From: Anthoceros angustus | Taxonomy: Eukaryota > Plantae > Anthocerotophyta | DNA: 64,000 nucleotides | Assembly: GCA_010909165.1 (NCBI GenBank) | Contig: MU008185.1 | Coordinates: 434,001-498,000, forward strand | Reading direction: 5' to 3' | Shown here: piece by piece, positions 12,521 to 26,301 of the stretch | Layout: every line of letters starts with the position of its first letter | How positions within the stretch are numbered: position 1 is the stretch's first letter | Program-made: the position numbers and the translations under genes | Notes under the pieces: generated by a model | Database searches by the model: none | What the model saw: only the letters and a program-made list of their open reading frames with translations | What the model was told of the DNA's origin: nothing

Positions 12521-15035
12521 GGCCGCTGGCGCGCGCCTCAGCGCAGCATCCGCAGCTGCCGCCCGGCCAAAGGAAGCAAAGGGACTGAACGGGGAAACAG
12601 GATGCCGCAACCGGCTAGCAGCAGCAGCGGCGACGGCGGGCTATGGCAGCGACGGGAGCAGCAGGGCGCGCGCGATTCATGCTGTAGCTGCAGCGCCCGG
12701 AGGGCAGGCGCAGGCGCAGGCGCAGGGGGTGAGGAAAGCCAAGGAAACCGGGGAAAGGGAAGGGGAAAGGGCAGCAAAGGCGGGGAGGGGAGAGCAGGGG
12801 CGAGGCGCTGTGCTCGCGCCTGTGCCGACCAGGTCAGCGTACAGCTCAGTTGCAAGGACGGGGAGGAAAGGGGAAAGGAAGGGGGAGGAAGCAGGCCCGA
12901 GGGAATCGGGGTTGGGCTGCCCTGCCCTGCCCTATGCCCTGGGCTGCCTCGGGCTCTCGCCCTGCCCGCTCGGCGTGTGCTGATCGGATATGTATAGTCT
13001 CGTCTCTTCGTCTCTTCTTTACTCTTCTCGTCGTCTCGTCTCGCAATCGAGGCAGGCGGTGGTGTGGTGGTGGCCGACGCGATCTGTGGAGCACCCGGGG
13101 TCAGCACTAGCGCGGCCCGACGGACCGGGGAAGGATATGCGGAGGATGATCCACTGCCTCCGGCATGGCGAGGGCAGGCTGGGTGTTGTTCATCAAGAGA
13201 GAGAGAGGGTCTACAGGCCTGCCGCCGGGCCCTCGGTCCATCCGCCTCCCTCTACCGGCCTCCTGCTCCTGCCAAAACCTGAGGTACTGGGATCGGGGCC
13301 GGGGAGCAGGTGCGCTCGCATATGCCCCGATCGTGCTGCCCCGTCTTGCCGAAAACCAGCTCAAGCTCTCCGCCCGAGGCGCCCCACACCCTGCTGCTGC
13401 CTTCTTACGCTGGCCGGGGGCCGCCCCGTCTTCTCTCTCTCCCACCGGCGGCGCCGCGCTCCACTCCGTTCCTGTTGCACCTCGCCCTCAGGGGCCTTGC
13501 CTTTCTGCCTTTCTGCCTTTCTGTCAGACCACAGCGCCTGTCACTGCTCCTGCCTGCCAGTGCGCAATCTTCGTCTTCCGTCTCCGTGTGCTGTTCCTTC
13601 ATCATCATTGTCTCTGCCGCTGTCAGAGCATGGATGTATGTACGTGCAGATATGGTATGTGCCTCGAATCCTGCACAGGTCGCTGCTGCTGCAGCAGCAT
13701 CTGATCTGCAGCCTTCTTCCCCGGTCGCTAATGCAAAGATGCTCGGCATGCTCAACACCATCAACCATGGCTTGGTCCATGAAGAAACCATTGTGCCGTC
13801 ACACGAGCCGGCGGCCTGTCACGCCACCTGCGTGCGGGTGCGGGTAGCGAGAATCCCCGAGCTTCCGCCACGCCTGCCGCTCATCACTTCCTTCTGCTGT
13901 GCAAATTTATGGACCGGTACGCGTGCACAGAGCGGCATGCCGCTTGCAGCGCAGCGCAGCGCAGCATTGCAGCTGACACTCGGATCACTTACACAGCTGC
14001 CGTGGTTTTATTATCACCTTCAATTCAAGCTCCTCATTTGGTAAGGACGACAAGAGAAGCTGGATGAGAGAGAGACTCGGTTTGCAACGGTGCTCCCACC
14101 CAGCGCAAGGCAAGCTTCCAACCTGCGGTAAGGTAGACTTGCTCTCGCCTCTCCTCATCACAACGTCTCCATGCACATCCTCGTCTCGTGCTGTCGCAAT
14201 TCTTTCTTTTTGTCCTTTCAGTTCCAAGGTGGTTGGTATGTGAGGTAAACGTACATCTCCTGCGATGTTCACACCTTGCAATCAACATACATATGGTCTT
14301 CTTCTTCTTTCAGGGATGTTCACAGCTTGCTAATGTCGCAAACTAGAGCCTCTTCTTCTTCCTCTTGCTCAACACATGTACACACTGGCCACTGACTTGA
14401 CGGCTCCGGCCGGACACTCCACAGCGCCTCAATTCAATGAACGGCGATTGTAGCGGTAACGCGGTAACCTAGTCACTGTACATATGTACAGTGAAGATAC
14501 TGAACGAGTACTACACATACATACCATGCTATTTTCATACCATGCTGCTGTACATACAGTCCGTTGAGAACACGACAGTTAAAAGACACAGCGGTGTTTG
14601 ACCCTCGAAGGCCGAGTTGCATTATGGAGAGGTTTGTTTATTGCACATCACGTAAACAGGCCGGATATGCGTGTGGGAACGTAGGTGCGATTCCCCAGTG
14701 AAGACTTGCAGGCGGCCTGGCCCTGTTTGCAGTTTGCCGTGAGGAACTCCTCTACCTAATAAGCATGTGGGCGGGCTTCGGAATCGGCTCTCACAGATCC
14801 CCAGATTCCAAGCTTCTAGCGCCGCTGTCTACATTGTTTTCAACAAATATTTCCAGACCGGTGAACATCACGTCAATCTTGAGGATCTAGAACACTTCAA
14901 GGGCAAGCTACGTATGAACGTGGGGACAATCGTCCCCAGAAAATAATATCCGAATCCGCATGTAGGCACTCCGGTAACAGATAGCCGACGCAACAATTTA
15001 TGTACTGCTCTGGATGAGTGTAGCAAGGCAACCGG

Positions 15036-17300
15036 TCAGTGGGGGCCAGCAACCGCCTTTCCTTTGCCGAATTCTTCGGTCACGTTCACACGCACGCTCC
15101 AGCCGTGTCCTGGGAGGGCCTTCACCAAAGCCAGTGTGTCCTCCAGCAGGTTGGGAAGGAAGGCCTGCCGGGCATGGCAAATGACAAGAACAGTGAGAAC
15201 AGAGAGACAGACCGTTGCTGTCCAACTCCCATTCACGGGGCCTCCTTGGGTCAAGGGCTCCTCACCTTCTTCACACGTTTCTTCTGCACTATTTCTTGGG
15301 GCCATACCCTGACCAGCATCGAAAGGTACTTGCTTCTCTTCTCGTTGTCCTGCATGATGGGGCCGATGTCAGCTAGTGGTCTCAATAGACCCACGGGGTA
15401 CAGTATTGGACACATAAGGGTAGGTTGGAACTTACTGGAGACTGGCCCTCAAGGACACTGACTGCACTGTCCGGATGTCTCCTCAAAAGGTGGGCCTACA
15501 GTCCCCCATTGTCACCATTATATACCACCTAGTAGCAGACTGGGCATCCTTGAAAAGATGTAGGGTCTTACCTTCGCAAGAGCAAAGGCACAAGCAGTCG
15601 TCTGAGGAATTCCATGCTTTGCCCTCCACTTTTCAACCTCAAAAACGTGCTTCGACTGCCCTGCACACAAACAAAGTAACAAGAGCAGTATGATCAGGCA
15701 CAACTACGAAGCCCTGCAATTTTCTTCAAAAAAGTTGCGAGGCCAAAATCTCGCATGCCAGAAAATGTGCAGCACGTTGTGCAGGAGGAGATACCACACC
15801 AGAATTGGCAGCTGAAGAGATGCAGATATCGTAGACAGATTCACGAAACACTATTCCATTCTCATGGAACTCCTTTGCAACTTTGAACAGCAAATCGCTT
15901 TCGCCAACATCATTGAGGAACCTACAAACACGAAACAAGAAAATGACTTACAGCAAAGCTGAGCAGCAGAGAAAAGCGGCCTGCTATGTCTAGAAGCTAC
16001 CACCATATGAAAGGTGTACCCACCGCAGGACAATGTCAGCTGTGGCTGCAGTTGGGAACACATCGTTTGCAACCATGGTGCGGATAACTTCTAGCATGAA
16101 GCCCACATCCTTGCGCTCCTTGGCGTCAGCCTACATTATGAAAACCATCTCCATGAAATGCTTTGCGCTATTTAACAGAGACCCACCAAGCCTTCGGCAG
16201 ATCTGAACTGCAATTTGTACCAGAAGCAGATGAGCTATTCTTAAGCTCGGAGTAAGTCCTGCTAAGTTGTGCTTCCACAATGCCTTGAGGGCTGCCAGAC
16301 AGTTGAAAAACAATGCTTTGTCAGGACCTGGATTCTCATGGCACTATTCCAGCAAAACAGCCCATAGCAACAGAATAGTTCATAGAAGACAGCTTCAATC
16401 CCCCGTAGACAATCAACGGATCCTCGACTGAAATGGTTTAAAGGCCATTGCAGCAGTGGGACTGCCAAGTATTGCAGCCAAACGTATTTGCCAGGCTTGC
16501 TACAGCGGAGCCCCTCTACTTTACCATCTGGTGCACACACACACCTCTCAAAATCCCTCCAAAGGTTTTGCTCTCACCTGTCTTTGGGACCTGTGCCCGA
16601 AGACATGCCTGTACAAACAGCTCAGCCACATGATCTCTGTAGTTGGACCTTTGATTGTTTTTGACCGCTTTCTGCTCATCCGCAAATTCAAACATGAGGC
16701 TTTCAACTTTCTCATTCTAGGTAAGGCTCTTAGCCTCTGAAGTTTGACTGATGCTATACCAAGGTCCGTAGCCGAGTGAGCACTCCCAGTGCAAGCTCAA
16801 TATGAGATGGCGTTGAACATTGTTCGAGATAAGAATGCAGCTGGGATGTCTCTGGGGTCCTCAGCCTGTCCATGGCTGCCACAATCTCTGTATGAAGTCC
16901 AGAGGCCCCTGAACCACCTCCATGATGTGACCACAGTCAGAGACCAAGTAAATTGTCAAAAATTAGAGTCGCAAAATTTTGAAACTAGGTTGGAGCCAAC
17001 CAGAAATTCCATCATCTCCAACCGATGCTCCGGTAGTGAAAGCATTGGATAAAACGTGCCCTGCAATGAACAACGCTTTAATACTGTTGACTTGCGTCTT
17101 CACACAGAAACGGCGGATGCAATAACAGGCATCTGCAGAAACATACGCCCACCTGTGAAAGATGAGCACACTGGAGGGGACCAGAGTTGTGATTGCGTCC
17201 CTGAATGCAAAGCGGCATACTGCGAACCAGCCCTTTGCAATCTGGTACTTTGACTCAGCCAAGAAAAGTTTCTACAAGCTGCACATCTGGTACCCCACAT
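15036..17300 (-). CDS. Mitochondrial PPR-like helical-repeat protein of the At4g15640/At3g21465 type (plant mitoribosomal mS83/rPPR10-like), multi-exon; start approximate
   Basis: Exons read ELFVQACLRAQ, ALKALWKHNLAGLTPSLRIAHLLL, MVANDVFPTAATADIVL, LLFKVAKEFHENGIVFRESVYDICISSAANS, VEKWRAKHGIPQTTACAFALAK, LVRVWPQEIV, and end ...GKAVAGPH*. This resembles my recollection of the ALWKHNxxGLTPS family. The N-terminus is basic and Ser-rich, like a presequence. Confidence 0.65.
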
Positions 17301-18171
17301 CTCAATTCGCGCGGAGCAGCAACAGCATAGCAGTAGCAGTAGCAGAAGCAGGTTAAGCGTCCTTGTGAGTTCATCCGTTCAGCAGTCGAAGGCAACTGAC
17401 TGCGGTTAGCTTGTTTAGGGCTTGGCTTAAACCCAACAAAAGTGTGCGCTGTGCGATTCAAAATAGGTAGGTATGTATATATGTAGAAGAAGAAATTAAC
17501 TGTTTTTTAGTCCACTAAAGGACGGATGACCCTAGGTGATCATATAAGGGCGATGTTCAAAACATATAAGGGCGATGTTCAAAACAGTTCGCATCATTAA
17601 ATTATACTGGGCGAATTGATTTCATTAGTTAGTGGGGTTTTTTCACACTTGTAAGTATGAGAAAATCAAAGTGGAGAAGTTGGAGCATTGTGAACCGAGA
17701 TACGATTGGAGGAGGGGGGAGGGGGCTTCTTGAATTGTATCTTTTTGGAAGAGATCTCGCTCCTTTAAGAAGCCGAGTTGAGTGACGCCTCTAGTTGCTT
17801 TTGAACTGTTCCTTCTATTTAAACGACTTTGCAATATCTGGTCTTGCTTTTCGGAAACTAGCTGCTTCATATGTGCTGAACAAGAATTATCATCCTTGTC
17901 ATAGTATAGTCATCCCGTTGACAATTGTTCTTAGGAGATATCTGATCTTGTTTTCCAAAAAATGGCTGCTTCATTTGAGCTGACAGAGAATTTTCATCTT
18001 TGTCTTAAGGTGGCAAAATTGCTTTTTTGTCCGTTTAAGACAAGATGGAAGCAATCCAATTTTCAGACAAAAATGTGGATTGTGAAGCTGGGACAAGCAC
18101 TAGAACTCATCGCAGACCGGTTCATCCACTTTATGATCCTGATACGACGATCGTGCTTGCCTCTTCTTGCC

Positions 18172-21100
18172 CTCTTTAATTTTTTGGGATGAATGTTACA
18201 TCTGTGAGGCTGAAGCACGACTCTCATTTCTGACTTACAACTACACACCAATAGCTTCTCTGCAAACACCAATCTTTTCCCTATTTTTTTGGCACTTGCA
18301 TATGCTATTGACAACTTCAATCACGTCAGTGCCCAAGTCGTTGACGCCTCGAGTTGTTTAATTGTATCATAGGGATAGTTCAGCGGCCCCAATCATCAAT
18401 TAGGGCGATGCAGAGAAGATTGGGTTGCAAGGAGACGAGTGATCTCCAGGGTTTTGATCCACCACAAGACGGAAAATCTGAAGCACGTGCTCCCTTGTTG
18501 TCTCAAGCTACACGAAGTCATATATGTTCCAGCGGCATTCAAGCTTAGTAATCAGAGCTCTTTAAATGAGACGTGTTTTCGCTTTGTGCTGGCTAGCAGA
18601 TTCTCTCCCAGATTCTAGCAACCCTCGAGTAAAGTATCATAGTATTTTAAAAGCACTTGACCCTAACTTGAAATCAAGGGTGAAATAATATGATGTACGT
18701 ATAATAAATAGAATAATATATCATCTTGGTATAAGTAGAGGGCGTCACATCCACATTGGGTCACCTCGTAAGTGGACGTCGAGAACGCCTTCGACATTGT
18801 CTCTAAGGTGGTTATCTTTACTGAGCTCAAGGAGGCTGACGGGTAGCTGGCAAGTCTCTACTCAATTGTCCGCTCTTTCTACGGTTCATCGTCTAACCTG
18901 TACTGTCAGCATGGGCCATATTCAGAGGGGGTTCCCGTGCTCAACTCAGCGACGGGCACAAGGCAAGGGACCCTTGGGGATGCCTCTTTGCCATGGCCTT
19001 AATCGTCCTCCTCCAGTGCAGGTGTCTCTTCCGTTAGTGGGTGATGATACTCATATCCTAAGGCCGGGAGACAAGGTCAGAGAAGCTTTTGAGCTCCTCT
19101 CTTCGGAGCTTTGACGCCTAGGCTTGAGGGTTAAGATTTTAAAGTGCAAGGTTTGGTCCCCCTCTGGCATCACGTCCTCTCTCCAATATTCGGGGGAGGG
19201 GGGAGGGACATTGTTTCTTCACAAGGACTTTGCATATTAGGGATCCCGGTGTGACCCCCGAACTTTATTCAGGCATTCGTTTATACGGCTTTGGCATAGG
19301 ACTTGGCTCACATCGGTGATCTCTCTCAATTAGAGAACCCTCAGGTGGCCTTTGGTATCTTCTCTTCTTGCTTCACGCGTCGGCCAGGGTACCTCACCAG
19401 AATTGTGGGTCCCTCCCCTGCTTTCTTATCCAGCCTAAGGAACTTTGATAAACAGGTTATGCACGAGGTTGGAGACATCATTGGGCTTGACACTTTCGAG
19501 TGTGCAATAGGGAGTCCGGGCGTGGTAGCAACCTATTGACTTTGGGGCACAGTGCTGGCCATGAAGGCCTTGGCGACAATGACCTTCCTGGCCTCTCTTC
19601 TCGCATTCTAGCCTCTCGGTTCTTAATCCGGATTCCTCCATCTTGGAGGCTGTCTTAGGCGTGGAGGAGGGGAGCCTTTCCCTTAGGACTCTTTAATTTT
19701 GGGATGAATGTTACATCTGTGAGGCTGAAGCACGACTCTCATTTCTGACTTACAACTACACACCAATAGCTTCTCTGCAAACACCAATCTTTTCCCTATT
19801 TTTTTGGCACTTGCATATGCTATTGACAACTTCAATCACGTCACTGCCCAAGTCGTTGACGCCTCGAGTTGTTTAATTGTATCATAGGGATAGTTCAGCG
19901 GCCCCAATCATCAATTAGGGCGATGCAGAGAAGATTGGGTTGCAAGGAGACGAGTGATCTCCAGGGTTTTGATCCACCACAAGACGGAAAATCTGAAGCA
20001 CGTGCTCCCTTGTTGTCTCTGCTACACGAAGTCATATATGTTCCAGCATTCAAGCTTAGTAATCGAGCTCTTTAAATGAGACGAGCTTTTGGCCGGCTAG
20101 CGATTCTCTCTAGCAACCTCGAGTAAAGTATCATAGTATTTTAAAAGCACTTGACCCTAACTTGAAATCAAGGGTGAAATAATATGATGTAATGATAATA
20201 AATAGAATAATATATCATCTTGGTATAAGTAGAGGCGCCACATCCACATTGGGTCACCTCGTAAGTGGACGCCGAGAACGCCGACATTGTCTCTAAGGTG
20301 GTTATCTTTCGAGCTCAAGGAGGTCGACGGGCAAGTCTCTACTCAATTGTCCGCTCTTTCTACGGTTCATCGTCTAACACTCTTATCGGCATGGGCCATA
20401 TTGAGGGGTTCCGTGCTCAACCTGACGACGGCACAAGGCAAGGGGACCCCTTGGGGGATGCCCTCTTTGCCATGACGCACTTCAGGGCTCTGTCCACTGC
20501 TACCTCCACGGTCTGGGAGTGTCTCTTTCCGTTAGTGGGTGATGATACTCATATCCTAAGGCCGGGAGACAAGGTCAGAGAAGCTTTTGAGCTCCTCTCT
20601 TCGGAGCTTTGACGCCTAGGCTTGAGGGTTAAGATTTTAAAGTGCAAGGTTTGGTCCCCTCGGCATCACGTCCTCTCCAATATTCGGGGAGGGGAGGGAC
20701 ATTGTTTCTTCACAAGGACTTTGCATATTAGGGATCCTGTGACCCCGAACTTTATTGTATCATTATACGGCTTTGGCATAGGACTTGGCTCACATCGGTG
20801 ATCTCTCTCAATTAGAGAACCCTCAGGTGGCCTTTGGTATCTTCTCTTCTTGCTTCACGCGTCGGCCAGGGTACCTCACCAGAATTGTGGGTCCCTCCCC
20901 TGCTTTCTTATCCAGCCTAAGGAACTTTGATAAACAGGTTATGCACGAGGTTGGAGACATCATTGGGCTTGACACTTTCGAGTGTGCAATAGGGAGTCTG
21001 GCGTGGTAGCAAGCGTCCCTACCTATTGACTTTGGGGGCACAGGTCTGCTGGCCATGAAGGCCTTGGCGACAATGACCTTCCTAGGGAGCTGGGCCCTCT

Positions 21101-21190
21101 CTTCTCGCATTCTAGCCTCTCGGTTCTTAATCCGGGATTCCTCCATCTTGGAGGCCTGTCTTAGGCGTGGAGGAGGGAGCCTTTCCCTTG
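18172..21190. repeat. ~1.5-kb tandem duplication (18172-19688 / 19689-~21190)
   Basis: Both copies begin ctctttaatttt..gggatgaatgttacatctgtgaggc and share the ORFs MFNCIIGIVQRPQ and MAHIGDLSQLENPQ; they differ mainly by small indels. Confidence 0.95.
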
Positions 21191-21889
21191 CCGGTTTCCC
21201 TACTGGACTCTTTATTTCTGCAGGCTAGGAACTCTTTATCCTCGGAGGCTAGGGAGGCCATGCCTTGTTTTTCCTCATTCTATGTGGACAGGCTATGCGG
21301 CCTCCAAGCCTCTCTCCAGGAGAAGCAATTCGGGCAGGTGCAGAGGGCCCTTCTCTTGGATTCTTCCATTCCCCGGCCTGCTCGAGCTCACCTGCGCTCT
21401 TGTTTGGGGAAGGGAGTAGGCTCTTTGCCTTCAGGCTTAGCCTTGCACCCAGCGTTTTCGAATCGCATCCGCTTCTTTCTCTACCACGATGAGGTTCCGG
21501 TTGGGCTTGGTCCAACCTTTGACCTGTTCCCTCTCAACATGCAGTTGTGGGGCCCACTCGATGACTCTAGGTCCCACCTGGCTCGCTGTCCCACTCGTAG
21601 GCAGCGTATTGCTACACATGAATATACCGTTCACGATGTCATGTTCTCGTTGGCCAAGGAGGATGGTTTTTTCCCCTATAAGGAGCACCCATGTACCCTG
21701 CGCAATGGCGTGTCGCTCAGGGCGGATCTATTTCTAACAAGGGGAGATCAAATCTCTGTTGCAAATGCGGTTGTCATAGACCCTACCCGAGACACCATTT
21801 GTGGGCATGTTATCATCAACCCTCCGGTTTGGGCGGCGGAGGGATGCGCGACAAGCAAAGTACATAAGTACATACCTATGCATAGTTAG
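20265..21889 (+). mobile_element. Degenerate, 5'-truncated non-LTR retrotransposon with RT and C-terminal restriction-like endonuclease (CRE-like); partial second copy at ~18775-19685
   Basis: RT motifs DAENA, GTRQGDPLGDALFA, VGDDTHIL and LxVKIxKCKVW. Downstream are CSCG...HLARCP..RQRIATH, and KEHP...RADL....AVVIDP, matching the zinc-knuckle/RLE layout. Several stops and frameshifts. Confidence 0.8.
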
Positions 21890-22185
21890 GCACCTCACCT
21901 TGTGAGGCTCGTTCTTTCTAAGGCTATGGCTAGCATTTCGAATGCTAGCAGGTATCTGTTCTAAAAGTGATTTAAAACTTAAGATGTATAATTAAGGTGT
22001 AATATATAATTAAGGTCTAATCATCTCCGTAGTACGAGTGAGGAGTGACGGAGAGTGTCATGAAACTTTACTCCTTTTACACTTACGATTGCAGTGACAG
22101 TGTTCGTTTCATGCCATGGCAGCCCATGATCAACCTCGAGAACCACTCGGAGTACGTTCTGCTGCGCGAACATGGTTTGGGTTTA

Positions 22186-22199
22186 AGCCCAAACCCTAA
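22186..22199 (+). promoter_or_regulatory. Adjacent site II (AGCCCA) and telo-box (AAACCCTAA) upstream of adenylosuccinate lyase
   Basis: agcccaaaccctaa lies ~35-45 bp before ATG 22233; these two motifs are a known pair in plant housekeeping/growth promoters. Confidence 0.5.
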
Positions 22200-22232
22200 T
22201 TAGTAGTCGCCTCAATTGCTCTGGACTCGGCC

Positions 22233-24808
<2,576 letters not shown>

Positions 24809-25366
24809 TAGGCGTCTGCACGCGTCCACCTGACACCCCATTACTTGTTCTGCTGAACTCTGTTTTGCATAACCTTGGGATCCTGAACCACCTGCCTGAT
24901 GGCACTCCTAGATTATCAAGTACACGCCGATGTCGTCCAAGTTAGAGAAGCGACGGCTGTACTGAGGAATCATGTTCCTGACATGCTGCAGGTGAGCAGA
25001 CATGTAGCAAATACCTGAGACGTAACTGGGCCCAAGCCCGAGAGTGAAATGCGATGATGTACTGAGGGCATACGTTCCCGGTGTGAACTCCACGATGTCC
25101 TTTCTTGCATACGGCGCCGTAGACTCTCTTGCCCGGCACCTGTACGCGTACCGCCGAAGTAGGCGTGACGAGGTGGAAGTGGGTAAGCCTGTTGATTGCC
25201 TCGTAGACGGCGCCTTCTCGTCCGCGACCCGGATCCCGGACACCCGGGCCCTCTGCACTCCCGCCACCTTCCCCGCTAAACGCTCCGACGCGCCGTGTCT
25301 GCGTGGCGCTGCGTTACTCTTCATTCCGCCTCCAATCCTCTGCCTCGCGCCCGCTCGCTCGCGGTC

Positions 25367-25947
25367 ATGGCGCGCACGTTTTGCGTTTTGCTCGCTGTGG
25401 CCCTCGCTGCCGCCGCGCTCCTGTCCACCAGCGATGCTCGGCCGCTCCCGCTCTCCCTCGGTGCGTTGCGTTGCGTTGCGTTTCGTGCTATGCTGTCTCA
25501 AGTGTGAAGCCAGTCCTCTGATGACTTGCGTCTGCTGTCACTTGTCGTGAGATTCGATGCGTGTTCGACTGTCTCTGGATCGGGAAATGCCAATCCGTCT
25601 GCTGACTCCTAGCATAGTACATGCCGGCATGTTTTGTGCCAGGGGTCGGAATTGGTGAGCAGCTGGCCGTGAGTCGAAGAGCGCTTGGCTACGATGAGGA
25701 GGAGGTATTGAATGATTTGAAACTGCAGCTTGTTGCGTGTTTCTGTGTCTGAAGGAACTGTTTCACGGCTCTTGAATCCTTTTGTGTTCTGCATCTGCTG
25801 CAGCAACGAAGGGAGTTGGTGTACCACCTCGACTATGTGGATCCCAATCCTAATAACAATCCGACCGTGAGTGCCCCGGTCGCCGTCGTTTTCCCCTCGC
25901 CTCCACCACCGGCTGTCGTCAGACGGTATCCCCAGATCGATCCCTGA
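25367..25947 (+). CDS. Small secreted peptide precursor (99 aa), PSY/PSK-like tyrosine-sulfated peptide candidate; exons 25367-25460, 25643-25704, 25804-25947
   Basis: Phase-consistent GT-AG splicing gives MARTFCVLLAVALAAAALLSTSDARPLPLSLGVGIGEQLAVSRRALGYDEEEQRRELVYHLDYVDPNPNNNPTVSAPVAVVFPSPPPPAVVRRYPQIDP*. It has a signal peptide, an acidic patch, a dibasic site and a DY motif. Confidence 0.8.
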
Positions 25948-26301
25948 TGCGCGGCGTTTGGCTGCATCGGCAGCGGCATATAAGGTTGTATTCTAGAGTA
26001 TGCCCTTCAAGCATAGGATTTCGCGTGCTGGAGCTTCATGCCAACATGCGCAGTCCGGGTCCAAGTGTATGACAGTGTGCAGCTATCAATTTTGAGAGTT
26101 GGATTGTACATTACTATGTAGTAAAATTCTTCTAGCCAAGTTGGCAGTGCAGGATCTGATTCAGAGGGGATCGCCCTACTGAAGGAAACGACCAAAAGTC
26201 ACGTGCCTGATAGTCCTACACTACGGAGAAAATGGCAGCTTCATAACACGCAAGCGACGCGAACGAATCTGGACTGGCCTCCATTATGTTTCCACTGTGT
26301 G

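Noticed and set aside
24908-25550. ORFs 24908-25501 (-) and 25044-25550 (+)
   Set aside because: GC-rich promoter/UTR sequence overlapping exon 1 of the peptide precursor; no protein-family features.
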